Shown in pieces: positions 47,912 to 57,905 of a stretch of 64,000 nucleotides of DNA. A model generated the notes under the pieces. It searched no databases and was not told the DNA's origin. It worked only from the letters and a program-made list of their open reading frames with translations. Every line of letters starts with the position of its first letter. Within the stretch, counting starts at the first letter, position 1. Both the position numbers and the translations under genes were made by a program. Source of the DNA: Candidatus Woesearchaeota archaeon (GTDB lineage: Archaea; Nanobdellota; Nanobdellia; Pacearchaeales; GW2011-AR1); assembly GCA_964578345.1 (NCBI GenBank), contig CAZOCP010000003.1, positions 1,136 through 65,135 of the forward strand. The letters run 5' to 3'.

Positions 47912-48339
47912 ATCTATAAGTTTTTAGCCGATAATTTGATTAAATCCAACCACTGATTATCTCCCAATTCTAAATTAACTCCTGCTCTTTCAGAAGGAAC
48001 TTCATCAGTAGTTGAGTGATTTTCTATAAATTTATGAACTTTTAAGGTATATCTTCTTACTCAGTCTAAAACAGAAACATGACTTACTTTGTGACTAAGA
48101 TATCTTTTTAGTTGGTTTCTCATTTTCCTACTTGATAAATTAGAAACATACATATCAATAGACATTGTAATAATCTCTGGTTTGTTTCTCATTCTATAAA
48201 ATCCATCATCATTTGTAAAATATTTATGACAATCCTTACAATAATATTTTTGTATCTTTCCCTTATTGCTAGTTTTTCTATTCCCTTCTCTTCGGAAATT
48301 TTGACTTTTACAATGCTTACATCTAATCTCAATTTTCAT
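47912..48339 (-). pseudogene. IS6-family transposase N-terminal remnant with in-frame TGA at a conserved Trp position; DDE domain absent
   Basis: Zn-ribbon CKHCKS...CKDCHK, then EIITMSIDMYVSNLSSRKMRNQLKRYLSHKVSHVSVLD*VRRY... Compare IS26 DIILWAVRWY..ISYREL......VDHSTIYRWVQRY. The ORF call 48061..48339 ends at this TGA. Confidence 0.55.
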
Positions 48340-48441
48340 ACATATATTAGGTACCTATTCTCTATATATCTTTCGGTACCTAATTAACTACTTTATAGTT
48401 GGTACCTAAAAGTTTAAATATAAGTCAATTCTACTTTAGTT

Positions 48442-48605
48442 TATGAAACTGCAAAAACAACTTTCTAGAAAGGTTGGAAGTGTAGAATATGCTAAATGGG
48501 TTTTAGTTATACCTTCAAGTATAGTAGAAGAACTAAAATGGAAAGAAGGACAAGAATTAGAAGCTGAAATTAAAGAAAATAATCTAGTTGTTAAGAAAAG
48601 TTAAT
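48442..48605 (+). CDS. Small SpoVT/AbrB-like protein (antitoxin-like), 54 aa, below the ORF-track cutoff
   Basis: MKLQKQLSRKVGSVEYAKWVLVIPSSIVEELKWKEGQELEAEIKENNLVVKKS, an AbrB/MazE-type swapped-hairpin motif. Confidence 0.4.
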
Positions 48606-48686
48606 TTTTTTGTTCAAAATTCCAGACGTTTACTTAACATCTCACTTTAGCGCAACTTTTAAGAACATCTTTTTTCTTTAAAACAT

Positions 48687-50054
48687 ATGAAATCTCAATT
48701 AAAAAAGATTGAAGGAATAATCGGATTAGAAGTCCATGCTTATCTGGTAACATCAGAAAAACTTTTCTGTCAATGTAAAGCTTCACGCGAAAAAAGTTTG
48801 CTGCCTAATATAAACATTTGCCCAATTTGTACCGGCCAACCAGGAGCAAAGCCAATGCTCCCCAATAAAATAGCAGTGAAAAAGACAGTGCAAATTGCCG
48901 TAATGCTTGGCTGTAAAATTAATGAATATATGTTATGGCAGCGAAAACACTATGACTGGCCAGACTTGCCTAAAGGATATCAAAACACCCTATCAGGAAG
49001 TCATGCCGCACCAATTGGAGAAAACGGAAAGTTTTACAATATATCAATAAAAAGCATGCATTTAGAAGAAGATCCTGCTTCTTGGAATCCCGAAACAGGA
49101 GAGGTAGATTATAATCGTTCAGGACTCCCATTAGTCGAAATAGTAACTTCTCCAGAATTCAAGACCGCAGAAGAGGTAATTACGTGGCTGAAAAAACTAT
49201 TGCACAGTTTTTCATATTTAAAATGTGTGGACGCAAACGCAGGCATTAAAGTTGACGTAAATGTCAACATCCCAAAAAAAACAGAGAGAGTTGAAATAAA
49301 AAATATTAGCTCTCTGGAAAGCATAAAAAAAGCAATTGAATATGAGCTAAAGAGACATGCAACCGAAAAAGTTTCTAAGCAAGAAACAAGAAGATATGAT
49401 GATTTGAAAGGCAGAACAATATTAATGCGGACGAAAGAAACACAAGACGACTATAGGTTCATTAGCGATCCTGATTTAGTGCCGCTTATCATAAATAAAG
49501 AATTTATCAAAAACCAGGAAAAGAGCCTTCCAGAATCTCCTGAGCAGAAGCTGAAAAAAATAATATCTATATACAAAATAGACAAAAAAAATGCAGAAAT
49601 TCTAGCAAAAAATATTGACATTATAGAGTTTTTTGAGAAAGTTGCAGAGGAAATAGACCCTAAATTTGCCATTCCATGGGTAACTGGAGAGCTCCTAAGA
49701 CTGATAAATGAAAATAAAACAACATTGGATAAAATAGACATCAATCCAACTCACTTTGCTGCCCTGCTAAATCTAGTTAAAAACAATTCAATAACACCTC
49801 TAAAAGCAAAAGAAATACTTAAGAAATTCTACCCTAAAAGCTTCCAGCCAGAAACAGAGAGAAAAATGACGAATCCTGCTGAAATAGAAAAGGTGGCAAA
49901 AGAAGTAATAGCTAAAAATACAAGCGCTGTTGAAAGCTACAAAAAGGGAGAGAAAAATGCAATTAATTTCTTAATGGGTGAGATAATGAAAATAACAAAA
50001 AAAAGAGCAGATTTTAAAATTTCTAGAGAATGTTTAGAAAAATTGCTAAGATAG
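48687..50054 (+). CDS. gatB: Asp/Glu-tRNA amidotransferase subunit B (GatB)
   Basis: GLEVHAYL...KLFCQC...CPICTGQPGAKP and GatB-specific RKHYDWPDLPKGYQ. Confidence 0.8.
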   Translation: MKSQLKKIEGIIGLEVHAYLVTSEKLFCQCKASREKSLLPNINICPICTGQPGAKPMLPNKIAVKKTVQIAVMLGCKINEYMLWQRKHYDWPDLPKGYQNTLSGSHAAPIGENGKFYNISIKSMHLEEDPASWNPETGEVDYNRSGLPLVEIVTSPEFKTAEEVITWLKKLLHSFSYLKCVDANAGIKVDVNVNIPKKTERVEIKNISSLESIKKAIEYELKRHATEKVSKQETRRYDDLKGRTILMRTKETQDDYRFISDPDLVPLIINKEFIKNQEKSLPESPEQKLKKIISIYKIDKKNAEILAKNIDIIEFFEKVAEEIDPKFAIPWVTGELLRLINENKTTLDKIDINPTHFAALLNLVKNNSITPLKAKEILKKFYPKSFQPETERKMTNPAEIEKVAKEVIAKNTSAVESYKKGEKNAINFLMGEIMKITKKRADFKISRECLEKLLR

Positions 50055-50090
50055 ACAGAATATATCATTAAAAAGCAAAGCTTTTATAAT

Positions 50091-50528
50091 ATGCATTCCA
50101 TTTATATAAAAAGAGTCATGGAAGCAATACAATATTATAAAGAAAGAAGAGTAAAATTCTATTTCTGGGTGATGATATGTATAATACTCATCTGTCTAAT
50201 ATTAGTAATATCAATATTTATTCCGCAAAAAAAAGAAGGCAAAACAGATGAACAAATCACAACCCCTATAAAAAAAGAAGTTTCAATAGAACAAAAAGTT
50301 CTACTGTGCATAGAACAAGAGGATTTAGATGAAGAATGCATTAATCTATTCTATTCTCAAGATATAGAATCAGAATGCTTTAAACTCACTCAGCCTGCCA
50401 AAGACCTCTGTTTCTCCAGAATATCAGAAGTAAAAAACAGCTATCTTCCATGTAAAAATATCCAAAATGAAAGCTTTAGAAACGATTGTGAATTTAGCAT
50501 AATAGAAAAAATACCGCATGAAACTTAA
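50091..50528 (+). CDS. Membrane-anchored Cys-containing small protein, translationally coupled to the downstream large surface protein
   Basis: TM anchor FYFWVMICIILICLILVISIFI. Eight Cys in the ectodomain. Stop overlaps the next start. Confidence 0.4.
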   Translation: MHSIYIKRVMEAIQYYKERRVKFYFWVMICIILICLILVISIFIPQKKEGKTDEQITTPIKKEVSIEQKVLLCIEQEDLDEECINLFYSQDIESECFKLTQPAKDLCFSRISEVKNSYLPCKNIQNESFRNDCEFSIIEKIPHET

Positions 50529-53235
50529 AATCAAAAATAAATATATATTATCAGCGATCTGCTTAGGATTTATATTGTCAAATGTTTTTCTAGTTTCAGC
50601 AAATCAGGATAAAATTCTTATGAAAGAATGCAAATACAGTTTTAATGATGAAAATTTCAGATCCTGGAGTTCTCAAGATAACAAGGGAGTTTTCTTAAGC
50701 ATAACAAATAATAATCTAAATCATAAAGAAGAAGCAAATTATGTTTATACAAGCCAACAGCCGCCCAGAAACTACAAGACATATGATTATAACATAAAAC
50801 AGCAGATAGAAAGAGGAATATCAAAAATACCTGAATTAAAGGTCATAAATAATCAGCCAAACATAGTATATATTGAATGTCAATATCGTACTGAATCCTC
50901 TTTTCTAATGACTCTATTTTCCGCAGCCTGCGCTGAATGTGGAAATTCACCAGGTCTAAGATTAACGCACGATTTTGATTTAGCAGGACAAGTAAGAATA
51001 CAAGATTCATATGCAAGCAAATACATTTATAAAACTTCAGCAGAATATCAAAGCCCATACTCATACTATAATCAAAAACAGCAAGTCATTCCATTAGATG
51101 AAATCTATGAAGTTAATGGAATAGAAAAGAAAGGAATAGATTTCTTAAAGCAAACGCTTCCTAAAGATTCAGAAATCACTGTTAAATCAAAAATTGATAT
51201 ATCAAAACTTGCAAGTGGAATATTAGGAATTTCTAATTCCCATGCTGATAATGGAGGAGTTTCTTTAATATCAAATAGGCCCGGCTCATCTTTATGGACA
51301 GCATACATTTATATTAATTCAGAAAAAAATATTGAAGACATTCTTCTTCCAGATAAAAAAATAGTTTTATTTTCTAGAAAAAGAATAATAGAAGGAAGAG
51401 AAGACATAAAACAAAACTTCGGATGTCAGATAGGAACTTCACAATGTATAGATACCAAAATAGGAGACGAAATAAAAGCAGTTTACACTTATTATAACCC
51501 CTTCAATACCCAATTAACAAACATAAAAATTACGCATGTTTTTGCCTTTGATCCTTCAGGCACAGGCATAGCAGAATTAAGTATCGGCGAGCCAAAAGTC
51601 ATAAGATTCTTAAACAAAAAAGAATTTATAAATCTAATTTTCGCTCCTCAAGGAGAAATTAACTTAGAGCATTCAACAAAAATATCAGGATCGGTTTCTA
51701 ATCCTACAACAACCGATGACATATTATACGCACATAGAATCAGCTCGAATACTGCTATAGAAAGAGCAGAGGGTTTAAAAGTATTAGATTGGAAAGCCTT
51801 AGGCGGAGATGATAAAAGCTACTTCTATTTTGGAAAGCTAGAACTGGAGCCAGCTCTTAATTCTCTTAGAGCCCCAGTCATAAAAATAAAGGTAGAACTG
51901 CCAGTTTTAACAAATAGAGACAATAGTCAATCTATAAATGAAAATGAATTTGACATTGAAGTTGATATATATAAAAAAACAGGAAATAGAAGAGAACTAG
52001 AAATACAAGAGTTCATCCCTTTAAATGAAGAGTCTATTTTATATGATAATTTTCCTTTAAAGTCAAAAGACAAGCCAGCAACTTTCAGCTATGAACTGCC
52101 GATTGCAATACAAGCAGAAAATAACAATCAAAATGAAGAGTTTGAATATTCTGTAGAAATGTATAGTAGAAAGGCAATGAACAATGAACCATATGCAGGA
52201 AAAAGAATTGGAACGCTAACAACTAAACCTACAATTAATCCTGGAAAAATATTTTATGCTGATAATACAGTATTCGATTTGTATTATCGATATCCCTCAA
52301 AAATTAATGATTTAAGTTTGTTTAACCCGGATTTTTCGAAAAAGCACAATATAATTCTTAAAATAGCAAATATCAAATCAGAAAAAGATAAATTAGATAA
52401 ATTTAACATTGTAATAAAAGATAAAGATGGCAATGAAATCTTAAAAGAAAGACTTTCATCTGAATTAAACAATCGGGAAATATTTAATATAGTTCTAAGT
52501 CCATTAGAAGTCAAAGAACTAAAAATAGAAATAATACGTCTTCAAGATAAATGGCCTGCTGATGAAGATAAAGAAGTAACTTTTGATATATCTGCGGCAA
52601 TTGATCAAGAGCAAGAACCTAAATCAATTATAAATTTTAAAGTTATTGTCCATAAATTTGTACAATGTTCAGAGATAGAAGAAATAGATGCATCTAAAAG
52701 ACCAAATTCTTGTTTAAGGAATACATTAACATGTTATTGGAACTATGTACCAACAAGTTCTTCTATATACGAAACCTCTCCTCTTGGAAAGATAGAAGAT
52801 GGTGAATGCAGAGAATGCGAGGAATTAGAAGGCAACGGAAAATATTGCTCTAATTACAACAATGATTTGAGCTGTAATGAAGACCCATGTAATTTAGTTC
52901 CTGAAGGATATGAAAAATGTGAATGGAATAATGACCTATATAAATGCGTAGCCGTAAAAGCTCCATGCAAGTACTCAATCAGTAACACATGCACTTCACA
53001 GCAAAAACAAGGTATACTTACTTTCACTCCTATAAGCCAGACAGCAGACTGCAAGATAATAACAAAGCAAGTTCCATGTGCGGGCTATATCGAGCTTCCA
53101 TTTTTTTCAGAATTACAGATATTATTATCAATATTTCTAATCCTGCTTTTTTATTCAATTTTCTGCACTAAAAAGCAAAGCATTAAAAAAGCATATATCT
53201 CATCATCAAAAAGACGATGTGCCGCCACGGCTTAA
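50518..53235 (+). CDS. Large (905 aa) surface protein with signal peptide, Cys-rich C-terminal region and C-terminal TM anchor. 3' end runs into a hairpin repeat, so the true stop is uncertain
   Basis: Signal MKLKIKNKYILSAICLGFILSNVFLVSA. 24 Cys in the last ~200 aa. LQILLSIFLILLFYSIF anchor. Confidence 0.55.
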   Translation: MKLKIKNKYILSAICLGFILSNVFLVSANQDKILMKECKYSFNDENFRSWSSQDNKGVFLSITNNNLNHKEEANYVYTSQQPPRNYKTYDYNIKQQIERGISKIPELKVINNQPNIVYIECQYRTESSFLMTLFSAACAECGNSPGLRLTHDFDLAGQVRIQDSYASKYIYKTSAEYQSPYSYYNQKQQVIPLDEIYEVNGIEKKGIDFLKQTLPKDSEITVKSKIDISKLASGILGISNSHADNGGVSLISNRPGSSLWTAYIYINSEKNIEDILLPDKKIVLFSRKRIIEGREDIKQNFGCQIGTSQCIDTKIGDEIKAVYTYYNPFNTQLTNIKITHVFAFDPSGTGIAELSIGEPKVIRFLNKKEFINLIFAPQGEINLEHSTKISGSVSNPTTTDDILYAHRISSNTAIERAEGLKVLDWKALGGDDKSYFYFGKLELEPALNSLRAPVIKIKVELPVLTNRDNSQSINENEFDIEVDIYKKTGNRRELEIQEFIPLNEESILYDNFPLKSKDKPATFSYELPIAIQAENNNQNEEFEYSVEMYSRKAMNNEPYAGKRIGTLTTKPTINPGKIFYADNTVFDLYYRYPSKINDLSLFNPDFSKKHNIILKIANIKSEKDKLDKFNIVIKDKDGNEILKERLSSELNNREIFNIVLSPLEVKELKIEIIRLQDKWPADEDKEVTFDISAAIDQEQEPKSIINFKVIVHKFVQCSEIEEIDASKRPNSCLRNTLTCYWNYVPTSSSIYETSPLGKIEDGECRECEELEGNGKYCSNYNNDLSCNEDPCNLVPEGYEKCEWNNDLYKCVAVKAPCKYSISNTCTSQQKQGILTFTPISQTADCKIITKQVPCAGYIELPFFSELQILLSIFLILLFYSIFCTKKQSIKKAYISSSKRRCAATA

Positions 53236-53377
53236 AACGTCAGGAATCGAAGATTCCTGAGCGCATCAAAAATCCATAAAAGATTTTTGACGGCCGTGGT
53301 TTGAAAAGGCACTCGTGTTTTGGATGCTCAAGGAACAACTCCATCCTTTAGAAAGGAGTTGTTCCTTGACATAAAAA
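53212..53377. repeat. Family-2 hairpin-module repeat, nested form, ending 2 nt before tRNA-Arg
   Basis: ccacggc...gccgtgg encloses tcaggaatc-gaa-gattcctga and caaaaatc-cataaaa-gatttttg. A 15-bp stem caaggaacaactcc/ggagttgttccttg follows, then cttgacataaaaa. Confidence 0.75.
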
Positions 53378-53378
53378 T

Positions 53379-53450
53379 GGGCCCATAGTTTAGTGGATAG
53401 AATGACAGGCTTCGGACCTGTAGACCGGGGTTCAATTCCTCGTGGGCCTG
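53379..53450 (+). tRNA. tRNA-Arg (anticodon UCG)
   Basis: GGGCCCA TA GTTT AGTGGATAG AAT G ACAGG CTTCGGA CCTGT AGAC CGGGG TTCAATT CCTCG TGGGCCT G. Confidence 0.75.
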
Positions 53451-53519
53451 TAAATAACTTGCACATCATATAAAAGATACAGAATAAAGTTTAATAACTC
53501 TCTTTATCTTTAGAATAAT

Positions 53520-54971
53520 ATGGCGGATAAAAAAAAGCAAGATCTAGGAATAACTTCTGAAAAAGACGAATTTTCTGAGTGGTTTACACAATTGATTATA
53601 AAAGCAGACCTGGCAGATTATACAAATGTCTCAGGATGCATAGTATTCAAGCCCGCTTCATACTCTATCTGGGAAAAAATCAAAGAAGAAACAGACAAAA
53701 GATTTAAAGCCATAGGAATTAAAAATGCATATTTCCCTTTATTCATTCCTGAAAAAACATTAATGAAGGAAAAAGATCACTTGAAAGGATTTTCTCCTGA
53801 AGTAGCATGGGTGACTCATGCAGGAGACTCCAAATTGAATGAGCGTTTAGCAATAAGGCCAACTTCAGAAACAATTATGTATGAATCATATTCGAAATGG
53901 ATTAGAAGCTGGAGAGATCTTCCTCTAAAATACAATCAATGGAACAATGTCGTGCGCTGGGAGTTTAAACACCCAATTCCTTTCTTAAGAACAAGAGAAT
54001 TTCTTTGGAACGAGGGGCATACTGTTTATGCAACTAAAAAAGAAGCCGAAGCAGAAAAGGATGAAATTATAAAGATATACAAAGAGATATGTGAAAGATT
54101 CTTAGCTCTTCCCTCTTTAATAGGCAGAAAATCTAAAAAAGAGACTTTTCCAGGAGCAGAGTATTCAATATCTATGGAATTTTATTTGCCTAACGGAAAA
54201 TGCGTTCAAGGCCCGGACTTTCACCATGACGGGCAAATATTTTCGAAGGTATATGATATCTCATTTTTGAATAAAAGCGGACAACAGGAATATGCATATC
54301 AAAATACATTCGCCATCTCAACACGAATGCTCGGAATTATGTTTGCAGTGCATTCTGACAAAAAAGGATTGATTTTACCTCCTAAAATAGCATCTTCACA
54401 AATAGTTATTATACCCATCTTATTCGATTCAAGTAAGGAAAAAGTTCTTGCTAAAGCTAAAAATATCCAAAAAAAGCTTAAAAAATACAACACTTTATTA
54501 GACTTTAGAGAAGGGTACAATCCAGGTTTCAAGTTCAATGAATGGGAGCTGAAAGGAATTCCACTGAGGATTGAAATAGGCCCAAAAGATATTGAGAAAT
54601 CAAATGTAGTTATAGTAAGAAGAGATACTGGGGAAAAAATAGTAGTTAAAATCGCCAATGTCGAAAAACAAGTTCCTATTATTTTAGAAGACATACAAAA
54701 TTCTTTATTCAAAAAAGCAGAAGCTATTTTGCAGAGCAGTATCCAGAAAGTTAATTCTCTTGAATCTTTAAAAAAATCTCTCTCTGAAAAGAAGATTTGT
54801 TTTGCTCCTTTAAACAACGAAATAGAAACTGATGAATCACTAAAAAATCAGACTGGAGGGGCAAAAGTTCTTAACATCCCATACGAACAACCAATAGAAC
54901 TAGCAAAAAGCAAGTGCATCATTACAGGAAAAAAAGCAGCATATTTTGCTTATGTAGGAAGATCTTACTAA
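53520..54971 (+). CDS. proS: Prolyl-tRNA synthetase, archaeal/eukaryotic type
   Basis: Class II motifs and archaeal ProRS N-terminus (FSEWFTQLIIKADLADY...IRPTSET). Length 483 aa. Confidence 0.9.
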   Translation: MADKKKQDLGITSEKDEFSEWFTQLIIKADLADYTNVSGCIVFKPASYSIWEKIKEETDKRFKAIGIKNAYFPLFIPEKTLMKEKDHLKGFSPEVAWVTHAGDSKLNERLAIRPTSETIMYESYSKWIRSWRDLPLKYNQWNNVVRWEFKHPIPFLRTREFLWNEGHTVYATKKEAEAEKDEIIKIYKEICERFLALPSLIGRKSKKETFPGAEYSISMEFYLPNGKCVQGPDFHHDGQIFSKVYDISFLNKSGQQEYAYQNTFAISTRMLGIMFAVHSDKKGLILPPKIASSQIVIIPILFDSSKEKVLAKAKNIQKKLKKYNTLLDFREGYNPGFKFNEWELKGIPLRIEIGPKDIEKSNVVIVRRDTGEKIVVKIANVEKQVPIILEDIQNSLFKKAEAILQSSIQKVNSLESLKKSLSEKKICFAPLNNEIETDESLKNQTGGAKVLNIPYEQPIELAKSKCIITGKKAAYFAYVGRSY

Positions 54972-55133
54972 AATATTGATAACTGCATAGCTTAGATAAC
55001 TTGATTTTGGCAGTTATCCATTAGAGAACTGTGTGCAAATGTCATGCAGCTAACGCAGTTCCCTATAAACTAAGTTTCCTTCTCTCACTTTCCTTAACCA
55101 AACTTTTTTATATCATTGCTACTGCTATAAACC

Positions 55134-56402
55134 ATGGCAAATCTTAATTTTACTCCGGGAGATTTAGTGCGGTTGCGCTTAGCCCATGAAGAAATTGATG
55201 GAATAATATTAGAAAACGCAGATTCTTCAATTGTCCTGCTTAAGTTGCCTTCCGGATATAATATAGGCATATCAAAAGAAAATATTCTTGCAGCCAGAGC
55301 ATTAAAGAAATTTCGCGGGCAGGATAAAAAATATTCTATGCCTCAACACCAAAAAGGAAAACCTTCCATAGGAATGATAATAACTGGAGGGACAATAGCT
55401 TCAAAACTGGATGTTAGAACAGGAGGAGTAAAATGGCTAACAGATATCGCAGAATTTTCTTACTTTTATTCAGGCTTGTATGATATAGTAAATGTAAAAA
55501 CTATTGCCGTTCCTTTTATGATAGCTTCAGAAAGCATGAGCGGAGAGCACTGGATTAAAATAGCAGAAGCATTAAAGCCTATGCTGAACGATCCTGAAAT
55601 AAAAGGAATTATAATCACACATGGCACAGACTTTCTAAGTTATACCGCCTCAGCTCTCTCATTTTTTGTAAAGAATCTCAATAAACCTATAATCCTAACT
55701 TACAGCCAAAGAAGCATTGATAGGGCAAGCTCAGACGCACGTTTGAACTTACAGTGCTCTGCAAGAATGGCGCTAAGCGAGGCTGCCGAAGTCATGCTAG
55801 TTGGACATGCAGACCTTAACGATCAATATTGTTTTGCTCTTAGAGGAACAAAAGTAAGAAAGATGCACTCTTCAAGAAGAGACGCATTCAAGCCTATAAA
55901 CTCTGAACCAATAGCAAAAGTTTATTCAGACCGTACTGAATTTTTGTCAGCATATAAAAAACGCCATGAAGGAAAAACAGAATTAGACATCTCATTTAGT
56001 GATAAGATAGCTTTAGTGAAGTTTTATCCAGGCCAAGACCCGTCTATACTTGATTTCTATGCTTTAAAATATAAGGGAATAGTAATTGAAGCTGCAGGGT
56101 TGGGGCATCTTCCAACTGCAGAATCAACACATTCATGGCTTTCAGCAATTAAAAAACATATAAAATCAGGTTTTGTCATATGCGCGGCTGCACAAACTAT
56201 CTATGGAAGATTAGATCCTTACGTTTATTCAAACGGTAGAGAACTTGTTGATGCGGGAGTTATATTTTTAGAAGACATGCTTCCTGAAACAGCATTTATT
56301 AAATTAGGATATGTTCTAGGCCATTTCGGCTGGAAAAAGTTAGTGCGAGAAAAGATGTTAGAAAATATGGCTGGAGAGCTAAATTCAAAACTCGCTGTCT
56401 AA
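55134..56402 (+). CDS. gatD: Glu-tRNA(Gln) amidotransferase subunit D (GatD, asparaginase-like)
   Basis: N-terminal GatD domain plus L-asparaginase fold (ITGGTIAS threonine motif, HGTDF). Confidence 0.85.
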   Translation: MANLNFTPGDLVRLRLAHEEIDGIILENADSSIVLLKLPSGYNIGISKENILAARALKKFRGQDKKYSMPQHQKGKPSIGMIITGGTIASKLDVRTGGVKWLTDIAEFSYFYSGLYDIVNVKTIAVPFMIASESMSGEHWIKIAEALKPMLNDPEIKGIIITHGTDFLSYTASALSFFVKNLNKPIILTYSQRSIDRASSDARLNLQCSARMALSEAAEVMLVGHADLNDQYCFALRGTKVRKMHSSRRDAFKPINSEPIAKVYSDRTEFLSAYKKRHEGKTELDISFSDKIALVKFYPGQDPSILDFYALKYKGIVIEAAGLGHLPTAESTHSWLSAIKKHIKSGFVICAAAQTIYGRLDPYVYSNGRELVDAGVIFLEDMLPETAFIKLGYVLGHFGWKKLVREKMLENMAGELNSKLAV

Positions 56403-56415
56403 AATAAATTCTTGT

Positions 56416-57534
56416 CTAATTCTTTTGAACTATCAACTTCTCAATCTTCTTAATAATCTTATCCCATGCGAATTTCTCAACTGATTTGCTCGCATTTACT
56501 CTAATATTTCTATGTTTTTCTGATAAAGCATATTCTATCTTCTTTGCAAGTTCCACAAAATTTCCAATTGGAAACAAATATCCATTGCTTCCGTCTCTGA
56601 TTAAATCCTTAGCTCCTGCCGTATCACTTGCGATAACTATCTTCTCTCTAGCCATCGCCTCAATAAGAGCCTGGGGCATTCCCTCTCTTTTAGAAGGCAG
56701 AACCAAAACTCTAGCAGAATCTATTTTAGTAATTTTCTCATTTATTTCATAAATAGGGGGAACGAAGAACACTCTATTTCCTAGATTATATGAAAAAATT
56801 AAGTTTCTAAGTTGTTTTTCATAAATCTTCTCAGAAGGCCCGACGAGTTCCAGTTTAATCTTCTTGTTCCTTATAAGTTTAAATGCTCCGATAAGAGTCT
56901 CTATATTCTTGACTGGGGAAATTCTTCCAAAGTAGATTATTTTATTTTCCTCCTTCGATTTTTTCTGCTCGAAAAAATTTTTTGGAATTCCATTAGGAAC
57001 ATAATGTATTTTTTCTCTAGGTACACCCAGCTTAAGCAAAGAAGGAATTTCCCATTTACTTATTGCAATAACTCCATCGAATTTTCGCAAAACTCTTTTA
57101 CCTATCCAAAAATCATACATCCAAACAGTCCAGGCTTGAAACAGCGAGCGCGTTGTTGACCCGCTATCGAAAGGTGCATGCGTCACAAGAAAAATCTTTG
57201 CATTTATTTTCTTCGCAAGTTTAAGCGCTAAAGTTGTATGAGAATGGCGGTATGCATGCGCAATAACAACATCAGGATAGAAAGACAGAAAAGAATTTTT
57301 AAAATTCCAACGCATAAAACTCTCTCCTCCAAGCTTTATTGCAGGAAAACGCTGAATCAGCACTTTTCCTCTTTTTTCTTCTAATGAAGCTAGTTCAAAG
57401 AGTCCCTTAACACGGTTTGTAGAAAAAATACGTACTTCGTGTCCTCTCTCAGCGAGCAGTTCAGCTTCCTGGAGAACACGCGCTCCGACTCCGCATCCTC
57501 CAGCAGTGTAATTTGTTATTTCAAGTATTTTCAT
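56416..57534 (-). CDS. Glycosyltransferase family 4
   Basis: N-terminal GGCGVGARVLQEAELLAERGHEV, C-terminal PSKREGMPQALIEAMAREKIVIASD. Confidence 0.75.
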   Translation of the reverse strand: MKILEITNYTAGGCGVGARVLQEAELLAERGHEVRIFSTNRVKGLFELASLEEKRGKVLIQRFPAIKLGGESFMRWNFKNSFLSFYPDVVIAHAYRHSHTTLALKLAKKINAKIFLVTHAPFDSGSTTRSLFQAWTVWMYDFWIGKRVLRKFDGVIAISKWEIPSLLKLGVPREKIHYVPNGIPKNFFEQKKSKEENKIIYFGRISPVKNIETLIGAFKLIRNKKIKLELVGPSEKIYEKQLRNLIFSYNLGNRVFFVPPIYEINEKITKIDSARVLVLPSKREGMPQALIEAMAREKIVIASDTAGAKDLIRDGSNGYLFPIGNFVELAKKIEYALSEKHRNIRVNASKSVEKFAWDKIIKKIEKLIVQKN

Positions 57535-57567
57535 GATGCAACAAATAAATAAAGATTTATAAATACT

Positions 57568-57800
57568 ATCACCAAACCCTTCGGGTTTGTACTTCGCCTC
57601 CTCAAGAATCCTTGATTCTTAATGGCCATCAGAAACTCAAAGAGTTTCTCAGCCTCAAAAATCTTTTATGGATTTTTGACAACGCTCAGGAATCAAAGAT
57701 TCCTGACGTAAAAGCCGAGGTTTGCCTGGTGTTTGGCGAGACAGAAGAACAAACTACGCAAATACCTTTGCAGCTTAAAAGCCGCAGTTTGTTCTTCTGC
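57568..57800. repeat. Hairpin-module repeat, family 1, most intact copy (copy C)
   Basis: caaaccc-ttcg-ggtttg, caagaatc-ctt-gattctta, gaaactc-aaa-gagtttc, caaaaatc-ttttatg-gatttttg, tcaggaatc-aaa-gattcctga. Then a 14-bp stem cagaagaacaaact/agtttgttcttctg enclosing two inner hairpins. Confidence 0.8.
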
Positions 57801-57905
57801 ATCAAATAAACAAATATTAGCAATACCCTCTAGATAGTTTGTTATACCTAAAAAGAAGTTACAAGAGAAAGATTTATAAATCTAATTAACTCTTTTCCTA
57901 TTAAT

